Below are positions 1 to 9,505 of a stretch of DNA of 64,000 nucleotides, piece after piece. How positions within the stretch are numbered: position 1 is the stretch's first letter; every line of letters begins with the position of its first letter. Below the pieces are notes generated by a model, which ran no database searches, was not told the DNA's origin, and was given only the letters and a program-made list of their open reading frames with translations. The stretch is taken from NCBI GenBank assembly GCA_963722075.1, contig CAVRJM010000001.1, positions 864,001-928,000 of the forward strand. The letters run 5' to 3'. Source of the DNA: Candidatus Babeliales bacterium. GTDB lineage: Bacteria > Babelota > Babeliae > Babelales > JANWKD01. Both the position numbers and the translations under genes were made by a program.

Positions 1-151
1 TATAGAATAGTTGCTCGTATTTATGTAACAAATGGAGATTTACAGATTATCCATAGTAAAATTCAGGTATTATTATTTTTTATTTTTAATAAATATTTAT
101 AATGAATGTTATCACGTTCAGAAAGAATGGTTATGCATTTATTTTTATTTA

Positions 152-1298
152 CAGGACTTACGCAAGAGCATAAGAGTTCTCTTCAAAAGCATAAAATAAA
201 CTAGATGGTGTAGGGGGTTTTGCGACCCGAAAGGATCTGACAGCTTGTTCAGTATTGTCGAAATTATCTTTTACCCGCCTTATGTCGGCTAAAGCATAAG
301 CCCATAACACGAAAAGTAAATGCGCACGCTGCATGTTAAAAGAACGCATTTGGCATTCGCTGAATCCAAGAAGTTGTTTGGCAGTTCTATTGAAGCATTC
401 AATTTGCCAACGAATCTTATATGTAGAAATTAGCTTCTCTTTGCCGAGCTGATGGCTACTGATAAGATACATAATTTTTTCCTTATCAATTTTTAACACA
501 TAGAAATAACAGGAAAGACCAAAAATAGTGCCGTATCCACAAGCAAATCTGTTATTTTTTTTCAAACGTAAAATTTTTTGCAATTGTCCTGTTTTATTGT
601 TAATAGTAACAACGCGATTTCTGGGAATTTTCATCAGAAATTTTATTGACCTGTTAAAAAGCTTTGGCAGAAGGTATTCAGTCGCATAATGGGCATCTGC
701 AATTAACCAATTAAACCGAATTGATCCTAGAACACGCTCTATAATAATGTAAGCAATTTCACTTTTTGTCTTGTAATTGGTTTCTCCAAATACTTTGCTT
801 ATCATAATCTCCGCATCAATCGGTATTCTTACTCTGGTATCAGTGATCATGCCAATTACAGACCGTAATCCCAAAGCTGATCTTTTCTCACTACTATCAT
901 AAACAATTTCTAATCCTTCAATATCGTTAGCATATTGCTTATTTACGGGAGTATCATCGATTATCAAATATCTTTCGCAATTGCTAAGACTTTCTAGAGC
1001 AACATTTTGTAATGAGCTTGTTATTTCTGCTGCATTCTGGGCTGCTTTTTCAACTTCCCTATTGAGCACATCATGCATTATTCCCAGTGTTTCAGAAATA
1101 TTTGTGCAAACTTTTCGTGCCGTTGTTTTTAATAAACCCATTACATATTTTGGTGTGCTTGATTCTTCATTTGTATTTGTTATTCTCATTTCGGGTGTCC
1201 TTCTTTTTTGCTTTTGTTGTTTAATTCACAAAATTGAAGCACCCTTTTTTATTTATTTCAAGTCCCAATCAGAACTTTCGACCAATGCGTAAGTCCTG
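152..1298 (-). mobile_element. IS701-family insertion sequence (copy A)
   Basis: Perfect 13-bp terminal inverted repeats CAGGACTTACGCA (152-164) / TGCGTAAGTCCTG (1286-1298); 7-bp target duplication TTATTTA (145-151 and 1299-1305); one DDE transposase inside. Confidence 0.93.
158..1189 (-). CDS. IS701-family DDE transposase
   Basis: Motifs LIIDDT..K, IADAHY, YKIRWQIECFNRTAKQLLG..CQ.R. Confidence 0.9.
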   Translation of the reverse strand: MRITNTNEESSTPKYVMGLLKTTARKVCTNISETLGIMHDVLNREVEKAAQNAAEITSSLQNVALESLSNCERYLIIDDTPVNKQYANDIEGLEIVYDSSEKRSALGLRSVIGMITDTRVRIPIDAEIMISKVFGETNYKTKSEIAYIIIERVLGSIRFNWLIADAHYATEYLLPKLFNRSIKFLMKIPRNRVVTINNKTGQLQKILRLKKNNRFACGYGTIFGLSCYFYVLKIDKEKIMYLISSHQLGKEKLISTYKIRWQIECFNRTAKQLLGFSECQMRSFNMQRAHLLFVLWAYALADIRRVKDNFDNTEQAVRSFRVAKPPTPSSLFYAFEENSYALA

Positions 1299-2847
1299 TT
1301 ATTTATTATCTTTTCATTAATAGTATCGATACACACTCCCAATCATGGCATGGAAGCGCCAGCTGACAAAGAAGATGCTGTTACCATTATTTCCATAGAT
1401 AACGAAAAATTAACCATTCCTACTAAATGCAGCAAAAGCAATAATGCCTGATTTGTATGATTTATGCATTCAGTTTAATGAATCAATAATAAATTTTAAT
1501 AACGAAAATGATAAACATCCAGATACCAAAAAATATAAAAAGTTGCCCATAATCAAGGAGTTAATAAGAATAGCCCAAGATTCTTTATATAGCCCAGAAT
1601 CAAAAAATATTAATTATATTTTTGACGCAGCGATCTATTTTAATTCTTCTTCTATCATTTTAAAACGATTAACCTATCATGCTCGAAAAAAAGTTTCACT
1701 AGAAAAACTGCGTCCAGAGATTCAAGCGGGAGTTTTCTCTTATTCTATTGAAGAACTTTTTGATGAAAAATTCTTCGATGTAAATAACATTGTAAAAATA
1801 CAACATGTTGAAACGGGCAGAGGAACTCAAGCCGGTGTAGTTCTTTATGAAACGCATTATTATAACCCATATCTGGATCTTTCAGATTACAATATTGGAT
1901 CGTTAGTTGGCTTATGTAATTTAAAAGAAAAAATAAAAGCGCATCGCATAAAAATAAAAGAACATATTGAAAAAGGTCAAACTAAAGATGGGTATACACC
2001 AACAAAAATTACCATTACAAATGGATACACCCAAGCAAAAGAGATTTACAAAATTAAACTCAATAAAAATGTTTTAACTGATAATTCGCTTGGAATTATT
2101 TCTTCATTCCATCAACATTTCCCTCGATTGAAAGTTTTAAAGCTTAAAAAAAATCAATTTACCCAATTTAATCCTACTTTTAACCCAAAGAATACAATGG
2201 TAGGATCCTATCTTTTTTTAGTGAGCCTTAACAACAATAACCTTAAAAAGTTACCTCAATATCAAAACTGCAACAAACAATTAATATTCAAAATAAAAAA
2301 TAATCCGCTCACTATAAGAAATCGGTATATAGCTCGAAGTGGGTCGCGCTTAAGAGATGTTTTTCTCTCTCCTTTAATAGGATTGAGTATTGCCTTAGGT
2401 ATTAACGCTGGAGCGAAATTATTGTATCGATCATTCTTGCATAATTATGTATCGCTTGCACCAAGCCATGAAGAAGCTATTAAAGAATGGGGTACTTATC
2501 CTCTAGGTGCATTTTTTCTATATGGTTTATTTAACAAATTTAGCTTTTCTCCTTCTATAACTCCGCCAATTTACAAAGTAAGTCGCCCATCCACCTATAC
2601 TGAATCTTTTTATGAGTTTCTAGAAGATATACTTAATATCAATTACGATCTGTTTATTGGTAATCCAAAAAAAATCTGTTCTTATTTTTTAACTAAAATT
2701 ATGAGAGCTAAACATTCACAATGAACAATTCCCATGTACCATTCAGTTTTATGTCTTCTATTGATTATAGCTTTCAACATATAACTATATTCATGGAAGT
2801 ACCTGAAAAAGAAAATTTCATCTATCATTATTTTACCAAAGGACATC

Positions 2848-4092
2848 ATGTTATTTTATTATCTAATTTTTTTATTAGGTTCAATGAGCTACAATTCTCT
2901 CTTAAGTATGGAAGGCCCCTCATCATCACCAGAAGATATAATAACGATCACTGATATCAATAACGAAACCTTTAGCATATCACGCGCTTCTTTGCAGCTA
3001 ATAACGCCCTCCTTTTCATCGTTTTATGAAGATTCAACAGAATTAAATTTTCAAGAATTGACTGATACAAGATCACAAGACATCTGTAAACATGCAACTA
3101 AAGCAATTATCTTAGAATTAGAAAAGATTGCTCAAGATTCATTATACTGCCCTCCGCTCGATGCTATTAATTATCTTTTTGAAGCAGCTAATTGTTTTGC
3201 ACATCCACTTATTCTAGAACGACTTACCTATTATGGGCATAAATACCTTCCCGTAAACAAGCAACATAAACTTATTCAAGCACAACATTATTCTTATACT
3301 ATAGCTGAACTTCTTAATGAAAAATTTTTTGACATAAAGACCATCATAAAGTATCAAGAAACGCATCATAGATTGTACGGTCATTGGCATGATGGCCATT
3401 CATATGAAAAGCTGATTTTTGAATATTGGCTTGATTTATCAGGGTACAATATTGGATCGCTTATAGGATTTGAAGAATTATGGAGTCAACTTGCTACGCT
3501 TCATGTCCCAAAAGAAACAATTGCCAGTACCAAATTTCCGCCCTATAGTGTAAAAGGCTGCCCTAAAAAAGGGTTAGTGTTCAAAATTAAACTTAATAAT
3601 AATGCATTAAGATCCATCAAACATTTAAATGAATTACTTAATTTATTTCCACGTTTAGAAATTATAAAATTAAATGATAATCCTCTAAGGCTTGTCGATG
3701 ATGAAATTACTAATATGCGATCTGTTACTATTAAAGCAAACAACCAAAAACATGAAATATTTCATAAAGCTCAAAATGCGCTTCTCCTTAAACGGCATAT
3801 TTTGCCACGCACTACTCCATCCAATAATACTCCGGCAAGCCTTGAACCCGGATATCTTTCAACAATTGGAACGTTAATAAGCCCTATTTTGATCGGCATT
3901 GGCGTTGGAGCAACAATGCAAGCATGGATTCATTTAGCTGCACCATTTTTAAAACATTTTTCCCTAAATGATACTCAAATTGATACAATAGATGATCGGC
4001 TTTCAACCATTGTTGGATTAACACCTCTAGCCATTGGCGTCATGAGCTCATTGTTAAAGACCTGGCATTATTATAAACATAATCGCCTATAG
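2848..4092 (+). CDS. Secreted Skp1/BTB-like + leucine-rich-repeat protein with C-terminal hydrophobic segments (putative effector)
   Basis: Signal peptide; ITITDINNETFSI and LFEAANCF resemble Skp1/BTB; FPRLEIIKLNDNPL is LRR-like; two C-terminal hydrophobic stretches. Confidence 0.65.
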   Translation: MLFYYLIFLLGSMSYNSLLSMEGPSSSPEDIITITDINNETFSISRASLQLITPSFSSFYEDSTELNFQELTDTRSQDICKHATKAIILELEKIAQDSLYCPPLDAINYLFEAANCFAHPLILERLTYYGHKYLPVNKQHKLIQAQHYSYTIAELLNEKFFDIKTIIKYQETHHRLYGHWHDGHSYEKLIFEYWLDLSGYNIGSLIGFEELWSQLATLHVPKETIASTKFPPYSVKGCPKKGLVFKIKLNNNALRSIKHLNELLNLFPRLEIIKLNDNPLRLVDDEITNMRSVTIKANNQKHEIFHKAQNALLLKRHILPRTTPSNNTPASLEPGYLSTIGTLISPILIGIGVGATMQAWIHLAAPFLKHFSLNDTQIDTIDDRLSTIVGLTPLAIGVMSSLLKTWHYYKHNRL

Positions 4093-4184
4093 AATAGCTG
4101 CTCGAATTTATCTAACAAATTGAGATTTTAAGTTTTTTTCCTTATAATAACAGCTAACACTTCTTTTTGATCCTCAAATAATAA

Positions 4185-4261
4185 GTGCCCGTAGCTCAGT
4201 TGGATAGAGCAACGGATTTCTAATCCGTAGGTCGTAGGTTCGAATCCTACCGGGCACACCA
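4185..4261 (+). tRNA. tRNA-Arg(TCT)
   Basis: GTGCCCG/CGGGCAC acceptor stem, D-arm TAGCTCAGTTGGATAGAGC, anticodon stem ACGGA/TCCGT with loop TTTCTAA, GGTTCGAATCC T-loop, encoded CCA. Confidence 0.97.
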
Positions 4262-4295
4262 GTCATTTCCTTCAGAAATGCCTGGCAGGCCAGTT
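4257..4295 (+). repeat. att-like repeat copy A (tRNA 3' end + hairpin)
   Basis: CACCAGTCATTTCCTTCAGAAATGCCTGGCAGGCCAGTT recurs at 7926 and, with the hairpin flipped, at 17821. Confidence 0.85.
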
Positions 4296-4435
4296 ATTTC
4301 TAATGATTTATTTCAACAAAAGGGAGATTCTTTTAAGAGCCTATCCCTAGACTTTTTGACTATTTTTTAGTTTCAGATAGAATAAAATATATAAAGCTGC
4401 TTTATAGAAGCTAATTATTATTATGTCAGGTTATT

Positions 4436-5431
4436 ATGTATAAGAATCACAAAACATTTTTTTCCCTGGGGATCATATTCTTAAGTAGCATTTTCTGCTC
4501 AAAAACAGCTGCAATGGAAGAATCACGCTCTGAGCTCTGTAAACAAGTTAAAACCATAAGCCCAGAAGCTTCCCCGAAAGAATACTCTTCACTGGCAATG
4601 AGGCTGCGCGATGCAGGTTTATCTGTCGGTGAATGTGTCCGGAACCTTTGTGAGCGGAGAATTGAAAAAGCTAAACATGCCATAGAAAAAGAATGGGGTA
4701 TTACTCAGCGCGATTGGGATGCAATTGAGAAAAAAGTTGAAAGCATTAAGGCCCAAGATCAGCAAGAGGAACTTATGATATCAGTTGATCCTAAACTTCA
4801 GGAACGTCAGGAAGGAATTGGTGAACTTATCGCGCAAAAACTTTATGAAGCTGGATGTAAAGGTACTTTCATTCTTACTTATGCACCACCAAAAATTGAT
4901 GAAACAGGTCTTAGCAGATTTTTTGACGTGTTTGTAAGCCGTAATATTGAAGCAAAGGAATATCCGTTTGATTATGAGAATAAAAGAATAAAATATGAAA
5001 TCATAACAGCTGGAGATTTTGAGATAGAGATTGGGCCAAGGTTTTTTGAATATAGCCCTAAAGAACAAGAAGGTTGTTTGCTACATGAAATACGGGGTCA
5101 TGTTGTTCATAATGACTCAGTACAAGGTGGGCTTTTATCTACAAGCGCATGTATTTATAAGCCTGAACTTGTGGAGGATCGCTTGCCGTTCCGGAAATCA
5201 GATTCCGTACTGAAAAGATTTAAAGCTATTGAAGCTCGAGCAGATCAAGTTCCAGCAGCATGTATGACTGCCCATGAAGCTCAGCTAATTGAAGCATGGC
5301 ATGCTCGTAATAACCAAGAAACAACTTCTCATGATGTTGATAACTATCGCCATGATCTAATAACTAAACGTTTGGCTATGGCAATGCGAATTCGAAAATT
5401 AAAAGAAGCTGAAGAGCAGCTAAATATCTAA
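4436..5431 (+). CDS. Secreted protein, possible zinc metallopeptidase (M48-like)
   Basis: Signal peptide; LLHEIRGH followed downstream by EARAD. Confidence 0.5.
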   Translation: MYKNHKTFFSLGIIFLSSIFCSKTAAMEESRSELCKQVKTISPEASPKEYSSLAMRLRDAGLSVGECVRNLCERRIEKAKHAIEKEWGITQRDWDAIEKKVESIKAQDQQEELMISVDPKLQERQEGIGELIAQKLYEAGCKGTFILTYAPPKIDETGLSRFFDVFVSRNIEAKEYPFDYENKRIKYEIITAGDFEIEIGPRFFEYSPKEQEGCLLHEIRGHVVHNDSVQGGLLSTSACIYKPELVEDRLPFRKSDSVLKRFKAIEARADQVPAACMTAHEAQLIEAWHARNNQETTSHDVDNYRHDLITKRLAMAMRIRKLKEAEEQLNI

Positions 5432-5889
5432 TAAGAATAATTTTTCAGATGGTTATTATATAGAATGCTTTTCCCTTGGGTTCATTGTTCTTGAAAAAGT
5501 TAGTAGTGGTATCCACTGAAAATCATCCTATCTTACCATAAGTTGCAAATATTCTACCGAACGGTAGTTATTGTGATATATTTATTCAAAATAATTCTAT
5601 GCTTCCAGCCCGTGACAAAATGTCACGACTTCACCTACTATACCAATGATGTTCAACCGTCGACAAATTGTCGACAACTCAATTTTAATGATTGAAATAA
5701 ATATTAATAGAAAATTGAAAAACGAAAGCTGCATGGCGGCCATAACTTTTTTCGATCTATTTTATAAAAATGTCGTGTATTAAGGAAAAATTCAATAAAA
5801 TATCGTTTTTACAACTTAAAATTTAAGTTATAATTACAAATATAATCTAAGATTGTTTATAGAAAGTTTTATTATTTATAGGAAAATTT

Positions 5890-7404
5890 ATGCTCAAAGG
5901 TTTAAGTTTCATTGCTCTTTTTTTTGTTTTTTCTGTGCAAGCAATGAAGAAAGATCATTTAAAATTTTTAGAACTATCATCAAAATGGTTTAAAGAAGAA
6001 AATAAAAATCCACAAAAGCAGGAATTACAAAGAATGGAAATGTCTGAATATGAGAGACATTTAACCCGTTTAGAATTAGAACCAGAAGAATTTAAGGAAA
6101 CAGTAGAAGAAGCTGCAAACGAAAATTTTATAAATTTTCCTGATGAACATGGCAAAACTATATTACGGAATGCGATATATTTAGGAAAACCCGAACATAT
6201 TAAAATATTGTGTTCGCATAAAGCAGATCCTTTTGTGAGTGGCCATTATGGTGAACATGCATTTCATGATGTTGCAAGATTAGGGGATCTCGCAACACTT
6301 CGTCTGTTGCTTAGATACCATAGCAGTAACCCCATCTGGGAATCTATTAGAAATGACCATAATGCTCAAGAAAGGGCTGTTAATTCTCCCTTATTTTATG
6401 CTCAAAAAAATGGGCATGATGTATGTGCATTTGTACTTAAGAATTTTCATAAGTATAACAAACCTATAACTAAAGCAATAATTTTTGGCGATATCGATGC
6501 TCTTAAAGAGCATTTAGAAAAAAGAGATATTTCTGAGATTATTGATCGACCAATTACTGGCAATTATACTCGTAACAATTTAACTGGTTATTGTACCCCT
6601 TTAACCTTTGCTATTTTGGTGCAAGATTATGAAATGGTTAAATATCTTTTAGAAAATGGTGCTCGAGATCCAGGTACATTTCTTACAAAGTACTTGGCTA
6701 AAGATATACCAAATGAAATTAAGAAACTTTTAAAAAAATATAATATTCAATTACTTCCATTTAAACAATATCAATTAAAGAATTGTAAACAAATGGCCCT
6801 CAGCAATGCTGTGCTTAGCGAATTTAAGCCAAAAGTGACTAAAGCTCTTAAATCTGGTGCAACAATTAATGGTTTTGATCATAAAGGAAATACCGCGCTT
6901 CATTGGGCATGCACCATAGGCAGCCCTGTAATGATTGATTTATTGTTACAATTAGGAGGTGACCCTAATATAGTTGATCGTGATAAACAGAGAACTGGGT
7001 TACATTGGCTCTTAAGAATGCACAAACAATCAGTCAAGAAGCATGAAGCCCAAATAGCGACAAGTATACTTTTCCCCTGTTTGTTTTTGTTGGTTTCTGC
7101 TGGGGCAGATCCTAACATTAAAGATGATCAAGGCAAAACATTTTTGGATTGGTTAACAGAAAAATTTAAGGACGACCACAAAGAATTAGCACATCGAATA
7201 TTAGAAGTGAGGTCTCTTTCTAGCGCTGAACGTATAAAATTATTAGAAAATATCTTTGATTTTCAAATGCATCAAATGAATAAATGGCATTTAAAAAGCA
7301 AAAGCTTTGATTTAAGAGATGTTGCTCATATTAAAGCTGTTTGTGTAAAAAAGTCGGGACAGAATTCAGATTTTAAGGATATTTATAAAAAATATACTTC
7401 ATGA
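5890..7404 (+). CDS. Secreted ankyrin-repeat protein
   Basis: Signal peptide; ankyrin motifs DEHGKTIL, TPLTFAI, GNTALHWAC...GGDPN, GADPNIKDDQGKT. Confidence 0.9.
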   Translation: MLKGLSFIALFFVFSVQAMKKDHLKFLELSSKWFKEENKNPQKQELQRMEMSEYERHLTRLELEPEEFKETVEEAANENFINFPDEHGKTILRNAIYLGKPEHIKILCSHKADPFVSGHYGEHAFHDVARLGDLATLRLLLRYHSSNPIWESIRNDHNAQERAVNSPLFYAQKNGHDVCAFVLKNFHKYNKPITKAIIFGDIDALKEHLEKRDISEIIDRPITGNYTRNNLTGYCTPLTFAILVQDYEMVKYLLENGARDPGTFLTKYLAKDIPNEIKKLLKKYNIQLLPFKQYQLKNCKQMALSNAVLSEFKPKVTKALKSGATINGFDHKGNTALHWACTIGSPVMIDLLLQLGGDPNIVDRDKQRTGLHWLLRMHKQSVKKHEAQIATSILFPCLFLLVSAGADPNIKDDQGKTFLDWLTEKFKDDHKELAHRILEVRSLSSAERIKLLENIFDFQMHQMNKWHLKSKSFDLRDVAHIKAVCVKKSGQNSDFKDIYKKYTS

Positions 7405-7431
7405 ACATTTTTAAACTGTCACAGTATTACA

Positions 7432-7767
7432 ATGTCTACATTTAATTCGATGCCTAGAAAAATGCATAAATATGATGTATTAAAATCTCATATTATGGCA
7501 TTTATTATAGCTTGCATATTAGTTGTAATAGCCCATTATTTCGCCGTTTGGCTAAATAATTATCATTTTCTTTCTGCAGAATGTATTTCATGGATCCAAT
7601 CTTTTAGTATTATTCCAATGGCAGTAGTTGTATATGGTCAGTTATCCTGGGATATTCAAACATGGGATGGGAAAACGCCGGCAGAGAAATTGAACAAAAA
7701 TTTGTTTAAAATAATTTCAGCCATTGGGTTTTTCTTTGCAATATTAGCATTTCATTTAAAACCATAG
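7432..7767 (+). CDS. Small membrane protein (about 3 TM)
   Basis: 111-aa ORF with three hydrophobic segments. Confidence 0.6.
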   Translation: MSTFNSMPRKMHKYDVLKSHIMAFIIACILVVIAHYFAVWLNNYHFLSAECISWIQSFSIIPMAVVVYGQLSWDIQTWDGKTPAEKLNKNLFKIISAIGFFFAILAFHLKP

Positions 7768-7783
7768 GTTGAAGACTCGAGGC

Positions 7784-7971
7784 ATTTTTTTAGTATTCTT
7801 CTAGAGAGATATTAAATGACCGAAACATCAGTCTTCGCTACCAGCTTCGCCTGACACGGCAATCTGGATATGTGTACGTATAATCAATGGTCAAAATATT
7901 ATTCCTGAATGCATCTACTATGTGGCACCAGTCATTTCCTTCAGAAATGACTGTCAGGCCAGTTTCTTTAA
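7784..7971 (+). repeat. att-like repeat copy B (about 190 bp: arm + tRNA-end/hairpin)
   Basis: Colinear with 17679-17866 (ATTAAATGAC, TCAGTCTTCGCTACCAGCTTCGCC, TCAAAATATT, CTATGTG.CACCAG, CAGGCCAGTTTCTTTAA). Confidence 0.88.
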
Positions 7972-7995
7972 TGATATATTATAACTTAATCAATT

Positions 7996-9114
7996 ATGTT
8001 GAAAGATAACACGTTGAATACTCTTGATAACATATTTCATAAAGGCGATTCTTGTTTTTTATTTAGAAGTTTTCCGTTAGATTACAAGTTGCATAATTTA
8101 GTTGAAAATCCTATCAAAATTCATGAAAATATATATTTAGTACAGACACCTTCCATTTTAAATAATACAAAAACTAAAGAAACTATTGCTACAACAGAAT
8201 GGATTTGCCAAGGGTTTCATTTAGGTATTGGCTATTCACATGTCAGCATAAAAATTGATTCATTAGAGGAATCAAGAGAAAAACTTTTCTGGTCTACAAT
8301 CGTTGCATTTTTTTTAGTTAAGCCTCTTTTTATACATATTTCTGGACAATTTAACTATGGTGATCCTGATAACAATTTTATCAATAATCCAGGGAAATAT
8401 GATCTAAGATCAAATCTAAGTTTCAGTTTATCGCAATTTAATACTCAACCACAAAATTGGCTTTCTTATAACACACAAGATATTGAAAATGTAAAACGAA
8501 TCCTACCAAGCTTGCTTGATTGTTGTAACGATAATATAAACCTAAGACAGTTTTTTAATATTCAAATGTTCCTACAAATTTTCTTCTTCGAAAAACTTCA
8601 CTTTGCAAGCTCTCTTTATCAAAAATTATTTCCTCTTTTGGATTCTTTAGCGGGAAATCCTTCAGATTTTAATGTTAGCGAACGATTGGGTAAATTTTTA
8701 GCAGACATTTCATTTAATGAGGGTACTAACCGCACAAGCGAAACACTTGTTAAAGATCGTTTAGCTCATATTTGGGGATTACATAGGTATCCAGAAGTAC
8801 ACGGACATATTAAAGAAAACTATCTAAAGGCAGATATTGCTAATTCAGCTAATATATTTCCAGATAAAAATAACTCAAAGGATCTAATGGATCTTGCTGA
8901 AATGGCCCGAGTATCTTTTTTAAAAATACTATTATTAGATGAATCTAACAGAAAAAAATATGATAATATTCCGATTCCTCCAACGGGTAAAAGTCGATCA
9001 GAAGCAAAAAATGAAAATAAATTTAGAGATATGCAAGCGGAATCTTTTTTTAATTGTGAATATAATAATTCAGATATATTAGTTTTTTATTCTGATCTAA
9101 TTAATTCAGAATAA
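7996..9114 (+). CDS. Hypothetical protein with HEPN-like RX4H motif (ApeA-like?)
   Basis: 372 aa; C-terminal HRYPEVHG in a helical context; island location. Confidence 0.5.
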   Translation: MLKDNTLNTLDNIFHKGDSCFLFRSFPLDYKLHNLVENPIKIHENIYLVQTPSILNNTKTKETIATTEWICQGFHLGIGYSHVSIKIDSLEESREKLFWSTIVAFFLVKPLFIHISGQFNYGDPDNNFINNPGKYDLRSNLSFSLSQFNTQPQNWLSYNTQDIENVKRILPSLLDCCNDNINLRQFFNIQMFLQIFFFEKLHFASSLYQKLFPLLDSLAGNPSDFNVSERLGKFLADISFNEGTNRTSETLVKDRLAHIWGLHRYPEVHGHIKENYLKADIANSANIFPDKNNSKDLMDLAEMARVSFLKILLLDESNRKKYDNIPIPPTGKSRSEAKNENKFRDMQAESFFNCEYNNSDILVFYSDLINSE

Positions 9115-9505
9115 AAGCATAAGAACTTTTACAATCTTAACATCTTAAATTTTCTAATTCTTTACGAACTATCTCTAGTTGCCGATGCACACTAGGGAAC
9201 TTTACCTTGTTTGCATCACTCATAAGCTTATACAAACTTCGTTGATTATACTTTGCAAACATCATTCTTAGCTCCCTAGGGCTCATAGTAGTAAGCACTT
9301 GCTTTAATCCAAAAAGTTGCAAAATCTTTGTTGGGCTCAATTCAGGATTATTAAGAACTAAATCAACAAGCAATGCTTTATCATTGGAAGGCTTATAATC
9401 AAGCAAGGGAGGCCTCTTTGATTCAATTTCATCCAAATAATGCAAGAGCACTTTCTTTGCAATCGCGGGCTTAAATAACTTCTTAAAGGTAAGATCTGTT
9501 TTAAT

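Larger units (their letters stand above)
133..2724 (+). pseudogene. IS-interrupted secreted Skp1/BTB-like + LRR protein (surviving ORF 1444-2724)
   Basis: Removing the IS and one target copy restores MHLFLFIIFSLIVSIHTPNHGMEAPADKEDAVTIISIDNEKLTIPTK; an extra frameshift near 1430 joins this to ORF 1444; paralogous to 2848-4092 (IAQDSLY.P, DLS.YNIGSL.G, LRR-like L..L.L..N). Confidence 0.8.

Noticed and set aside
981..1292. 103-aa plus-strand ORF
   Set aside because: Antisense shadow of the transposase with no recognisable motif
2721..2954. 77-aa ORF between the LRR paralogs
   Set aside because: Overlaps the real start at 2848 in another frame; no motif
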